From: a virus | Taxonomy: Duplodnaviria > Heunggongvirae > Uroviricota > Caudoviricetes | Strand: one strand, 5' to 3' | Length of the DNA stretch: 54,488 nucleotides | Virus record (IMG/VR): IMGVR_UViG_3300042992_000089 | Shown here: positions 1 through 8,933 of the stretch, in pieces | Numbering within the stretch: position 1 is the stretch's first letter | Layout of the letters: each line of letters begins with the position of its first letter | Translations under genes and position numbers: made by a program | Notes under the pieces: model-generated | What the model was told of the DNA's origin: nothing | The model's input: only the letters and a program-made list of their open reading frames with translations | Database searches by the model: none

Positions 1-1
1 A

Positions 2-913
2 CAGAAAGCTAGATTGTTACAACAAGAAAAAACAGGAACTCCTGTTGTATTGTTTAATGATGGAGAGAAGATAGCTCATGAGTTTACAGATAAACTACCC
101 ATATCTAACTTTCCTCTAAAGAACTCAGACCTAAAAGAAGCACCTATAGTTATATATGAATTCCCTATAGATAATCCACCTTATGGATTGTATGTAGCAG
201 GAGTCGATCCATATAGACAAGGTAAGTCTGCATATTCAACTTCACTTGGATCTGTATACATCTATAAAAGGATGCATGAAATTAGTGGTGAGAAATATCA
301 AGATATGTTCGTAGCTTCGTATTGTGCAAGACCTGATAAGAAAGAAACTTGGGAAGAACAAGCTAGACTTCTTATAAAGTATTATAATGCACGAGCTCTT
401 TGTGAGAATGATGATATATCCTTTATTGAATATATGAAGAGTAAAGGAGATGCTCATTATCTAGAAAAACAACCTGAATGGTTAAAGGAGATTGTACCAA
501 ACACCACTGTAAAAAGAGACTATGGTATACATCGTTCAGCTGCAAAGATAATTGACTATCTTCACACTTGTTTAAAGAAGTATATGGAAGCTGCAATCTT
601 TAAAGAAACAAATGAAGCAGGTGAAGTGATAAGAGAAGTGCTAGGTGTAAGTAAGATATTTGATCCTGTATTACTTGAAGAAATCATTCAATACAATGAT
701 CAAGGAAACTTTGATAGAATTGTAGCTGCAGAGTTAGCCATAGCACAGGCTTTAAAGATGGACCCAATTATGGGTAGGATAGGTGGAACATCAGATGAGA
801 GAGTTGCTTCTATGTTTAAGAAGAAGAGAGGAAACATACTCTTCACTGATTCTAGAAACAACATGTTTGGACAAACAAAAAATAAATATAAACGCAATAA
901 ATTGTTTTCATAA
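2..913 (+). CDS. terL: Terminase large subunit, C-terminal nuclease part (5'-truncated by window edge)
   Basis: Frame is open from position 2 (QKARLLQQ...), so the TTG at 14 is not the true start. RNase H-like motif YVAGVDPY and C-terminal FDRIVAAELA; stop overlaps the portal start (TAATG). Confidence 0.85.
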   Translation, partial: QKARLLQQEKTGTPVVLFNDGEKIAHEFTDKLPISNFPLKNSDLKEAPIVIYEFPIDNPPYGLYVAGVDPYRQGKSAYSTSLGSVYIYKRMHEISGEKYQDMFVASYCARPDKKETWEEQARLLIKYYNARALCENDDISFIEYMKSKGDAHYLEKQPEWLKEIVPNTTVKRDYGIHRSAAKIIDYLHTCLKKYMEAAIFKETNEAGEVIREVLGVSKIFDPVLLEEIIQYNDQGNFDRIVAAELAIAQALKMDPIMGRIGGTSDERVASMFKKKRGNILFTDSRNNMFGQTKNKYKRNKLFS

Positions 914-3495
914 TGGCAATTATAAGATACACGAAAGACGCAACTATAAGATATGCTTATCTGAATATCTTCCCTGATCAGTTTAAAACTGAGAAGGAAA
1001 AGATGGATGAGAGCTGGATAAAGAATTCAATGGATTACTTTGCCAATAAGGCATATGCTGAATATGTTAAAGCTAGAGATACATTTGTAAAGAACTATGA
1101 TCTTGTAAAGGGTATTTTAAGAAGAGAGGATTTCTTTGTAGAACCAGAAGTAAGAAGCTTCACAGATGTGCTTACAGCAGATCTTGAACTTCCTGCCTAT
1201 GTAAAACATTATTCTATAATGACCACTCCTATTAATGAATTAGTGGGAGAGATTAGTAAAAGACCTGATGCATTTCGTGTCAAAGCATTTGATGATGATA
1301 GTAAGTCTGAAGAGTTAGAATTTAAAACTCAACTATTACAAGACTACGTTGTTTCTCAAGCACAAAGAAAGATATTAGAAAAAGCTTCATTTGATGGAGT
1401 GGAGATTACAGATGAGGAGTTACAAGAGAAAACATTACAACAAGTAAAAGATGAACTTGACAATTATACATCTGTAGCAGAGAAATGGGCAAACCACGTA
1501 TTGACTGCTGAGAAAGCTGAGTTTGTATTAAAGGAGAAATCTGAAGATGCATTTAGAGATCTTTTAATTTCTTCTAGAGAGTTCTTCCATGTATACGAGG
1601 ACAATTCTAAAACTGGTTTTAACATTGAGGTAGCTAACCCTAAAAACACTTGGTTCTTAACTACTCCTGATAGAAAATATATTTCAGATCCTACAGGTAG
1701 AAATCAAGGAGCATATGCTGCTGGTACTGTACAGGTATTAGAACTATCTGAGATTATTGAATCAGTTCCTGACTTAACTAAAGATGAGATTGATCACTTA
1801 CGTAGTTCATTACAAGACTATGGATTAATCAATGTACGTGAATCTAACTTAGGTAATCCTAATGCTGTTCCAGGTAATGACTCTATTCAATATGATACAT
1901 ACGATCCTCTTGTTCTACAAACTAGAATGATTATTGAGTCTGAGATGAAAGAAAATAATGATGGTCTTAAAGACTTCTTAGGACTTACATCTAATGTAAG
2001 CTCATTTGGTTATAAGTATGTGGTGGTAAGAGCATATTGGATTAGTAAAAAGAAGATTGGTAAAGTTATATATACAGATGAGATGGGCAACGAACAGTCT
2101 ATGTTAGTTGATGAAGACTATAAGTCTAATAATATTCCTACACAAATTTCATTAGAGTGGGGATGGATTAACCAATGGTACCAAGGTATTAAGATTGGTC
2201 CAGACATCTATCATATTAAACCTTATAAGTTATTACCTTATTGCCCAATCATTGGACAAACATTTGAAGTTAAGAACACAGAAGCTAAGAGCTTAGTGGA
2301 TATGATGAAGCCTTTCCAAGTAATTTATAATGTTTGTATGAATCAACTTTATAAGTTATTAGAGAAAGAAGTAGGTAAGGTGCAGTTAATGTCTATTCGA
2401 CATATTCCTATTCCTAAGGATGGTGATGCTCAAGATGCATTAGATATCTGGGAAATGGAAGCACGTAATAGAGGTGTAGTATTTGTTGATGATAGTCCTG
2501 AGAACTTAAAGAGTCCATCTAGCTTCAACCAATTTACAAGTCTTGACCTTACACGTACACAGGAAATCCAAGCAAGATATACTCTAGCACAACAAATAAA
2601 GAATGAGTGCTGGGAATTAATTGGTATGTCAAGACAAAGACTTGGATCTGTACAAGCTAGTGAATCAGCTACAGGTACTAATGCAGCTATTACACAATCT
2701 TACGCTCAGACAGAACCTTTATTTGTAGCTCATGAATATGTACTAGGTCAATTGTATCAAGCAATTGTTGACGCAGCTTTATATATAGAAAGTGCTAAAC
2801 CACAATCTACTATTTCTTATATTACTAATGAAGGAGAATCTGCGTTTGTTTCTGTAAATGGTACAGATTTACGTTTCAGAGATCTTAAAGTATTCTTAAC
2901 TAATAGACCAGAAGACAGACAAATGTTTAGTGAGATTAGAGGATTATCTCAAGCTGTCATCCAAAATGGTGGTAGCTTACATGATGTGATTGAGCTTTAC
3001 AGTACTAACTCAATGAGACAAATGAAGCAAGTCTTTAAGAAGTTGAAAGATAGACAAGAAGCTTTACAGAATGCTCAGTTACAACAAAAACAACAAGAAC
3101 TTGAGCAACAACAACAACAAGCTCAAGCTCAAATTCAATTAGCTCAACAACAATCTGAAGAGAAAATAGCTAATGAAAACTACCAAGCAGAGCTTGATAG
3201 AATCAACAAGAAAGAGATTGCTCTTATTGCAGCTGAATCTAAAGCAGGTCCTTTATCAGATATTGACGCAAGTGGTACCCCTGATGTTTTAGAAATAGAT
3301 AAACTAGCCCTAGCTCAATCAAAAGCTGAAAGAGACTATCAGGCTAAGATGATGGATGTACAAAGTAAAAATCAATTAGCTTCTCAAAAACTAGAAATAG
3401 AAAGAGAGAAGTTAAAGATAGCTAGAGAAAACCAAGCAAATGATTTAGCTGTGGCCAAGGAGAATGCCAAGGGCAGAGCTAAGAAAACTAAATAA
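913..3495 (+). CDS. Portal protein
   Basis: 860 aa directly after terL; long Q-rich C-terminal coiled coil (AQLQQKQQELEQQQQQAQAQ); size and terL-portal-scaffold-MCP order match crAss-like phages. Confidence 0.85.
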   Translation: MAIIRYTKDATIRYAYLNIFPDQFKTEKEKMDESWIKNSMDYFANKAYAEYVKARDTFVKNYDLVKGILRREDFFVEPEVRSFTDVLTADLELPAYVKHYSIMTTPINELVGEISKRPDAFRVKAFDDDSKSEELEFKTQLLQDYVVSQAQRKILEKASFDGVEITDEELQEKTLQQVKDELDNYTSVAEKWANHVLTAEKAEFVLKEKSEDAFRDLLISSREFFHVYEDNSKTGFNIEVANPKNTWFLTTPDRKYISDPTGRNQGAYAAGTVQVLELSEIIESVPDLTKDEIDHLRSSLQDYGLINVRESNLGNPNAVPGNDSIQYDTYDPLVLQTRMIIESEMKENNDGLKDFLGLTSNVSSFGYKYVVVRAYWISKKKIGKVIYTDEMGNEQSMLVDEDYKSNNIPTQISLEWGWINQWYQGIKIGPDIYHIKPYKLLPYCPIIGQTFEVKNTEAKSLVDMMKPFQVIYNVCMNQLYKLLEKEVGKVQLMSIRHIPIPKDGDAQDALDIWEMEARNRGVVFVDDSPENLKSPSSFNQFTSLDLTRTQEIQARYTLAQQIKNECWELIGMSRQRLGSVQASESATGTNAAITQSYAQTEPLFVAHEYVLGQLYQAIVDAALYIESAKPQSTISYITNEGESAFVSVNGTDLRFRDLKVFLTNRPEDRQMFSEIRGLSQAVIQNGGSLHDVIELYSTNSMRQMKQVFKKLKDRQEALQNAQLQQKQQELEQQQQQAQAQIQLAQQQSEEKIANENYQAELDRINKKEIALIAAESKAGPLSDIDASGTPDVLEIDKLALAQSKAERDYQAKMMDVQSKNQLASQKLEIEREKLKIARENQANDLAVAKENAKGRAKKTK

Positions 3496-3497
3496 AT

Positions 3498-4028
3498 ATG
3501 TTTGATAAACTGATAGAGATAATCACCAATTGGTGGTTACAACTCACACCAGCTATCATTATTAGAGACTATGAAGAAGCAGTATTACTCAGGTTTGGTA
3601 TCTTTAAAAGAGTACTCAAACCTGGAATACATTTCAAGATGCCTCTATTTGATGAAGTGATTGACCAACATGTGGTTGTCACAACTCTCAGTTTAGATGC
3701 CCAATCTTTATATACTAAAGACAAGCAGAACATTGTAGTGAAAGGAGTCATTAAATATAAGATAGCTGATGTCAAGATATTTCTTCTTGAGGTATTTGAT
3801 GCCCAGGATGCTCTGTCAGATATGTCTCAAAGCATCATCAAAAATGTCATTATGTCTATGAGTATGGATGAATGTACAGATTCAGAACTTGACAACACTT
3901 TGACAAAGAAGGTTAGGGTGGAAGCTAGGAAGTGGGGAGTTGAGGTTCAACAAGTTACCCTTACTGACTTGGCTCCAATCAGAAGCTTTAGACTTATAAA
4001 TGACAATTTTACTAACAAATTAGATTAG
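3498..4028 (+). CDS. SPFH/band-7 (stomatin/HflC-like) domain protein
   Basis: Typical SPFH segments: EEAVLLRFG...LKPGIHFKMPLFD, QSLYTKDKQNIVVKGVIKYKI, EARKWGVEVQQVTLTDL. Confidence 0.85.
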   Translation: MFDKLIEIITNWWLQLTPAIIIRDYEEAVLLRFGIFKRVLKPGIHFKMPLFDEVIDQHVVVTTLSLDAQSLYTKDKQNIVVKGVIKYKIADVKIFLLEVFDAQDALSDMSQSIIKNVIMSMSMDECTDSELDNTLTKKVRVEARKWGVEVQQVTLTDLAPIRSFRLINDNFTNKLD

Positions 4029-4086
4029 AGTAAAAAACATTAATGCTATATTATATTGAATAATGATCTATATAGAGCCTTGTCTC

Positions 4087-4117
4087 TTTGCTGTTAATTT
4101 AACTTGATATACTTTTA
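4087..4117 (+). promoter_or_regulatory. Putative Bacteroidota sigma-A-type promoter (TTTG-N19-TACTTTTA)
   Basis: TTTG 4087-4090, 19-nt spacer, TAnnTTTA 4110-4117 (one mismatch to TAnnTTTG); intergenic, upstream of scaffold/MCP. Confidence 0.5.
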
Positions 4118-4146
4118 CATTGAAAACCAAATAAATACAACTACAT

Positions 4147-5430
4147 ATGGCTGAAAATCTAGATATGCCCCAACTGGGCAACTTTAGTATTCAAGATACT
4201 ATGGACATGGGAATGGGTAGTCAAGAGTTATTAAATGACTTATTGTCCCCTGAAAGTGCAACTTCTAGCCCTGATGATATTCAGGACATTAATAATGAAC
4301 CTGCACCTGCTCCTGCTCCAACAAAGAAAACTACTTCTAAACAACCAGCTGCTTCAGAACCAGAACCTGAAAAGAAAGATGAAAATCCTACAAAGGATAT
4401 TCAAAGTTTCTTATATGGTGAGGATAATGAAGAAAGCGAGGAAGAAACAAATGATGAATCAGCAGCTGCACCAGCTAAGAAAGCTGTACAAAATGCTGAT
4501 AATCAAGAAGATAGTAAAGATGATAATGAAGAAGGTGAAGAAGCTCCTACGAGTCAATTCACTGCATTATCAAGAGATCTTTTCAAACTAGGTGTATTCT
4601 CAAAAGAAGAAGATGAGGAAGACGTTACAATAGATACTCCTGAAGCTTTCTTGGAAAAGTTCCAAGCAGAGAAGAAGAAAGGAGCTATTGAAATTGTAGA
4701 TAACTTCATTGGTCAGTTTGGAGAAGATTATCAAAAAGCATTTGATGCCATATATGTAAAAGGTGTAAAACCTGAAGATTACTTTGGTGCATTTAACCAA
4801 ATCAAATCTTTCTCTGATATGGACTTAACTCAAGAGAACAATCAAATAGCTGTTATTAAACAAGCTTTGACTGATCAAGGATTTGAGCCTGAAGATGTTA
4901 CAACAGAAGTTGAAAGATTAAAAAATTATGGTGACCTAGAAAGTGTTGCTACGAAACACCATAAAGTCCTAATAAAGAAAGAAGGCCAAAAGCTCCAACA
5001 AATGGAGCAAGAAAGAGAGGCCCAATTACAACAACAACAAGCTATCAAACAGCAATATTATCAAAATGTAAACAATGTTTTACAAGAGAAAATAAAAGCT
5101 AAAGAATTTGATGGCATACCAATTAACACTAAATTAGCTGGTGAACTACAAGATTTCCTAGTAACAGACAAGTACAAAACAAATTCAGGTGAGACTCTCA
5201 CTGATTTTGATCGTACAATTCTGGAGCTGAAACGTCCTGAGAATCATGCAACAAAAGTAAAGCTTGCGTTGCTAATGAAGATAATGGAGAAAGATCCTAC
5301 ATTATCAACTATTCAAAAGACAGGTATCACCAAAAAGTCTAATGAATTATTTGGTGAAGTTGCCAGACAAGCCCAGAAGAGTTCAGTGAAATCTAAACCA
5401 GTTACACAATCCACTTCTTGGTTTAAATAA
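4147..5430 (+). CDS. Putative scaffolding/head assembly protein
   Basis: Very acidic, low-complexity N-terminal half plus helical C-terminal half; lies immediately upstream of MCP as in crAss-like phages. Confidence 0.6.
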   Translation: MAENLDMPQLGNFSIQDTMDMGMGSQELLNDLLSPESATSSPDDIQDINNEPAPAPAPTKKTTSKQPAASEPEPEKKDENPTKDIQSFLYGEDNEESEEETNDESAAAPAKKAVQNADNQEDSKDDNEEGEEAPTSQFTALSRDLFKLGVFSKEEDEEDVTIDTPEAFLEKFQAEKKKGAIEIVDNFIGQFGEDYQKAFDAIYVKGVKPEDYFGAFNQIKSFSDMDLTQENNQIAVIKQALTDQGFEPEDVTTEVERLKNYGDLESVATKHHKVLIKKEGQKLQQMEQEREAQLQQQQAIKQQYYQNVNNVLQEKIKAKEFDGIPINTKLAGELQDFLVTDKYKTNSGETLTDFDRTILELKRPENHATKVKLALLMKIMEKDPTLSTIQKTGITKKSNELFGEVARQAQKSSVKSKPVTQSTSWFK

Positions 5431-5466
5431 ACAATTTATATAACAAAAATTAAAAAAGAATAACAA

Positions 5467-7020
5467 ATGGCAATTCAAACAATCCCAGGTTTAACTGGTT
5501 TTACCTATGCTAGAGTAGCTTCTATGGACAAGCGTGCTGTAGGTAAATTGACTGACGCAAACCATTTAGAGAGCTTTCACTCAACTGAGCCTGCTGACTA
5601 TGATAAGAAAATCATCAGCTTATACACTCAGAGTTCTCTTTATAGTAATGACTTCTTAGACATGATTAACAAGTCTACTCCTTACTATATTGATAACAAT
5701 AGTGATGCTTGGAAATGGCAAGTGCAAGTACCTTACAAGTTCCCAAAATTTATTGATGTTCCAACTTCTACACAGGAATTAAACAAGCCTGGTATTGATG
5801 GACAAGAGTTTCAAGTAATTGTTGATACTAATGAATTTTCTAAGAACGCAATTATCTCTGTAGGTACACGTCAATATGGTCCTCGTTTTTACGTAGTAAA
5901 AGATCCAGTTCCTTGGAACGTTGGATTCTTATACACTTTCACTTTAGTGAGTGACAACCCAACTGTAGATTTCGTAAGCCCTATCTTCTTGCAAGTGGGT
6001 GTGGAATTAGAGTTAGTTGATGCTGCGATTGGTGAATTCGACCAAGACTTATTAGGTCTTCCTCGTTTAGGTGAGCAAATCACTATGTTTGAATCTTTAG
6101 GTTCTGCATATGGTTATGAGCACAAAATCACTGAGTGGGCTGATGACAAGATGATGAGAGATGCTTCTGGCAAACCTTTAGATATCTTAGTATATGCTCC
6201 TCAAAGACGTAACCAATTACCTTTAACTCGTAACGATGTTAAGTGGGAACCATTTATTGAGTTCTGGATGCGTAAGTCTATGTTAGAATTAAAAGTTAAG
6301 CGTATGATCTGGGCTCGTCCTGGAACTGTAAAAACTAATGGTTCTCAACAAAACTTAAAGCGTACATCTGCTGGTGTATACCACAGAATGCGTAACAATG
6401 GTAACTTAGTACAGTACAACAGAGGTGAGTTCACTGCGAACTTAATTCGTTCTGTATTTGGTGACTTATTCTACAGACGTGTGGATGTTAAAGACAGACG
6501 TGTTAAAATGTACACTAATGAAGCTGGCTTTGACGTATTCCAACAAGCTTTAAAAACAGATGCTTTGAATTCTGGTCTTACTTTCATGGCTGATTCTGGT
6601 AACAGATACATGCAAGGTGAAGGTCAACATATCACTTACAACTTTGCATTCGATGCAATGGTAACTCGTGAGACTGGTCGTGTTGAATTAATTCACTTGA
6701 AAGAATTAGACTTACCTCAAACAAATTTAGAATTTGGACAAAACAAGAAGTCAACTCCAGTATTTATGGTGTTTGATGTATCTCCAATGTCTGATGGTTC
6801 TATGATCAATAATATTCGTGAAGTACGTATGAAGGGTGCACCTTCTATGACTTGGGGTTATATCGATGGTACTCGTCACCACTTAGGCTTTGCTAAGTCT
6901 CAAGGTATGAGTTCTGCGAACAAGTTCCCTGGATATGAGATTTGGATGAAGGATCGTTGTGATGTATTCATTGAAGATTTATCTAGAACAGTATTGATTG
7001 AAGAAATTCCTCAATTCTAA
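5467..7020 (+). CDS. Major capsid protein (crAss-like, HK97 fold expected)
   Basis: 517 aa; position after portal and scaffold; sequence character of crAss-family MCPs (GKLTDANHLES, IWARPGTV, GVYHRMRNNG, FIEDLSRTVLIEE); strongly biased codon use (many CGT, TTA). Confidence 0.9.
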   Translation: MAIQTIPGLTGFTYARVASMDKRAVGKLTDANHLESFHSTEPADYDKKIISLYTQSSLYSNDFLDMINKSTPYYIDNNSDAWKWQVQVPYKFPKFIDVPTSTQELNKPGIDGQEFQVIVDTNEFSKNAIISVGTRQYGPRFYVVKDPVPWNVGFLYTFTLVSDNPTVDFVSPIFLQVGVELELVDAAIGEFDQDLLGLPRLGEQITMFESLGSAYGYEHKITEWADDKMMRDASGKPLDILVYAPQRRNQLPLTRNDVKWEPFIEFWMRKSMLELKVKRMIWARPGTVKTNGSQQNLKRTSAGVYHRMRNNGNLVQYNRGEFTANLIRSVFGDLFYRRVDVKDRRVKMYTNEAGFDVFQQALKTDALNSGLTFMADSGNRYMQGEGQHITYNFAFDAMVTRETGRVELIHLKELDLPQTNLEFGQNKKSTPVFMVFDVSPMSDGSMINNIREVRMKGAPSMTWGYIDGTRHHLGFAKSQGMSSANKFPGYEIWMKDRCDVFIEDLSRTVLIEEIPQF

Positions 7021-7029
7021 TAATGCCCC

Positions 7030-7182
7030 TCTAAGGATAGTATTCTTAGACTGACACCTCTGGTGTTTCGCATAAAAAAATCAGAAGACGTTCCCCCCAC
7101 ATCCCAGTGGGGGAGTCTTCTAACACAGATGGACATGTACAAGTAAATTCTGTACAGTGTTCCCTTCGATGGGAACCATCTG
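7030..7182 (+). ncRNA. Candidate structured RNA element (three hairpins plus a three-way junction) between MCP and the next gene
   Basis: Hairpins 7030-7050, 7053-7067 and 7083-7121 (agaagac/gtcttct with cccccac/gtggggg). Junction: P1 7126-7131/7177-7182, P2 7133-7141/7151-7158, P3 7159-7164/7171-7176. Pairings read by hand; function unknown. Confidence 0.5.
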
Positions 7183-7210
7183 CAAATAAACCAAATAAAA
7201 ACAACTACAT

Positions 7211-8179
7211 ATGGGCAAGATAGGAAAAATATCTACTATTAAAAAAGACTACAACAATTCTCAGTTACAAACAATGCAAGGTGGACTTGCATCAAGAGGC
7301 TACACAAGAATTCCTGGTACAGGAGTTTTTAAATATCCTTATAAAGAATTGGATGGTCAGTACAGAACAGGCTTAGATCCAAAGGCTGCTTACATCAGAA
7401 GAATCTCTGATCCTCTTGAAAGAGAGATGGAGATTGAAAGAGTAACAGAATTAAGAGACAAGCTAGAAGCAGCATTAGGTGGTGTTGACTTAGGTCCTCG
7501 TTCTCAGTTCTGGAACTATGGCTTATCAACTTCTGTTGATGATTCCTTACACGTACAACCTGTTAAGCTTATGGATGGCGACAATTATTATGATTTGTCA
7601 ATGCCATTGCAAGAGCTAGCATTCTCATGGTTGAGAGTTCATCCAACAATTGCTTCTAGCTATCAAGCTTGGGAGCGTGGTGAATTCCCTGCAGACATTC
7701 AATATTATGTTGCAGATGATGAGATTGAAAACAAGGTGATGTTTAAAAAGAAACAACTTATTAATAAAGCTATTGTTAAGTTTGATTCTATGACTCCTGA
7801 GAAGAAGAAGAAAGTGGCTCGTCTACTTGGTCTTCCAGTATCTGATGATTCTAAAGAAGAAGCAGTTTACAATCAGGTGGATAACCTCCTAAAACAAACA
7901 GAATTCAAGAATGGCAAATATCAAGGTTTGAACCCTATAGAAGTGTTCAACAGATTTGCAGATATGAAAGAAAACTTGCTCCATATCAAAGACCTAGTAA
8001 AACAAGCTGTTGCTCATTCAATTTATAGAGTGAGACCTAATGGTAGAGTTTTTGAAGGTGAATTTGAAATAGCAGTTGATGAAGATGATTTAGTTAAATT
8101 CCTTGCAGATGAAGACAACCAAGATCAGTTATTGACTTTGGAAGGCAAATTAAAAGGAAAAAAAATAGCCTCATTATGA
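7211..8179 (+). CDS. Conserved crAss-like virion protein downstream of MCP
   Basis: 322 aa in the conserved post-MCP position; no catalytic motif recognised. Confidence 0.55.
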   Translation: MGKIGKISTIKKDYNNSQLQTMQGGLASRGYTRIPGTGVFKYPYKELDGQYRTGLDPKAAYIRRISDPLEREMEIERVTELRDKLEAALGGVDLGPRSQFWNYGLSTSVDDSLHVQPVKLMDGDNYYDLSMPLQELAFSWLRVHPTIASSYQAWERGEFPADIQYYVADDEIENKVMFKKKQLINKAIVKFDSMTPEKKKKVARLLGLPVSDDSKEEAVYNQVDNLLKQTEFKNGKYQGLNPIEVFNRFADMKENLLHIKDLVKQAVAHSIYRVRPNGRVFEGEFEIAVDEDDLVKFLADEDNQDQLLTLEGKLKGKKIASL

Positions 8180-8907
8180 TCCCAGTAGATAGTTTATTAT
8201 ATAAGATTGACCAGAAACTAAATAAACTATCAACAAATGAGCATCAACAAATTAACCTAGAAGATAAGATTCTAGCACTTAACGAAGCTCAGATAAAGCT
8301 AATAAAGCAAAAGGTTGATGGTACTAGTACAAACTCTGGTTATGGGTTGGATGCATTTAAAAAACGCTATGAAGACCTTCAAAGTTTAGTTATCACCTAT
8401 AACAATCAACCTTTGCCTTTAGCATTAAAGAATGCACAGTTGAATCAGTATTTTGCAAGTCTTAATGTTTTGACTCCAAAATATATGTTCTATCTTGATA
8501 GTTATATATTAGCAGACAAAGGAAGATGTACAAATAGAAAGATATGGATAAATAGAGATTTGGCTAAACATGGTGACATTCAGTTTATACTAACTAATGA
8601 CAACTACAAGCCTTCTTTCGAATATCAAGAAACATTTAACTTTCTATCCTCTGACGAGATATCTATATTTACAGATGGTACATTTACACCAAAAGATATT
8701 TACATATCATATATGAGATATCCAGTGTACATTAACAAGACAGGATATATCATGTTAGATGGCTTGCCTTCTTTTGATCAAAACTGTGAACTTGAGACTT
8801 ACTTAGAAGATGAGTTGTTGGATCTTACAGTACAAAACTTGGCAATGTATACAGAAAACCAAAGTGCTGTTCAAAGCTCAATCTATAGAATACAAACAAA
8901 CGAATAA
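8176..8907 (+). CDS. Putative head-tail adaptor / tail ring protein
   Basis: 243 aa; ATGA overlap; N-terminal helix with LNEAQ motif and C-terminal CELETYLEDELLDLTVQNL helix typical of adaptor/ring proteins; synteny. Confidence 0.55.
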   Translation: MIPVDSLLYKIDQKLNKLSTNEHQQINLEDKILALNEAQIKLIKQKVDGTSTNSGYGLDAFKKRYEDLQSLVITYNNQPLPLALKNAQLNQYFASLNVLTPKYMFYLDSYILADKGRCTNRKIWINRDLAKHGDIQFILTNDNYKPSFEYQETFNFLSSDEISIFTDGTFTPKDIYISYMRYPVYINKTGYIMLDGLPSFDQNCELETYLEDELLDLTVQNLAMYTENQSAVQSSIYRIQTNE

Positions 8908-8933
8908 TTTTTCACAATTAAATATAAAGCAAA

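Noticed and set aside
14-16. TTG start for the first ORF
   Set aside because: The reading frame is open to the window edge, so this is the internal part of a longer terminase gene.
7159-7176. TTCGAT hairpin as a tRNA T-arm
   Set aside because: The loop is 6 nt, and there is no D-arm, anticodon arm or acceptor stem with tRNA geometry; kept only as part of the candidate structured RNA.
7124-7182. Three-way junction as a hammerhead or HDV-like (theta) ribozyme
   Set aside because: No CUGAnGA/GAAA core, no evident nested double pseudoknot and no adjacent tRNA.
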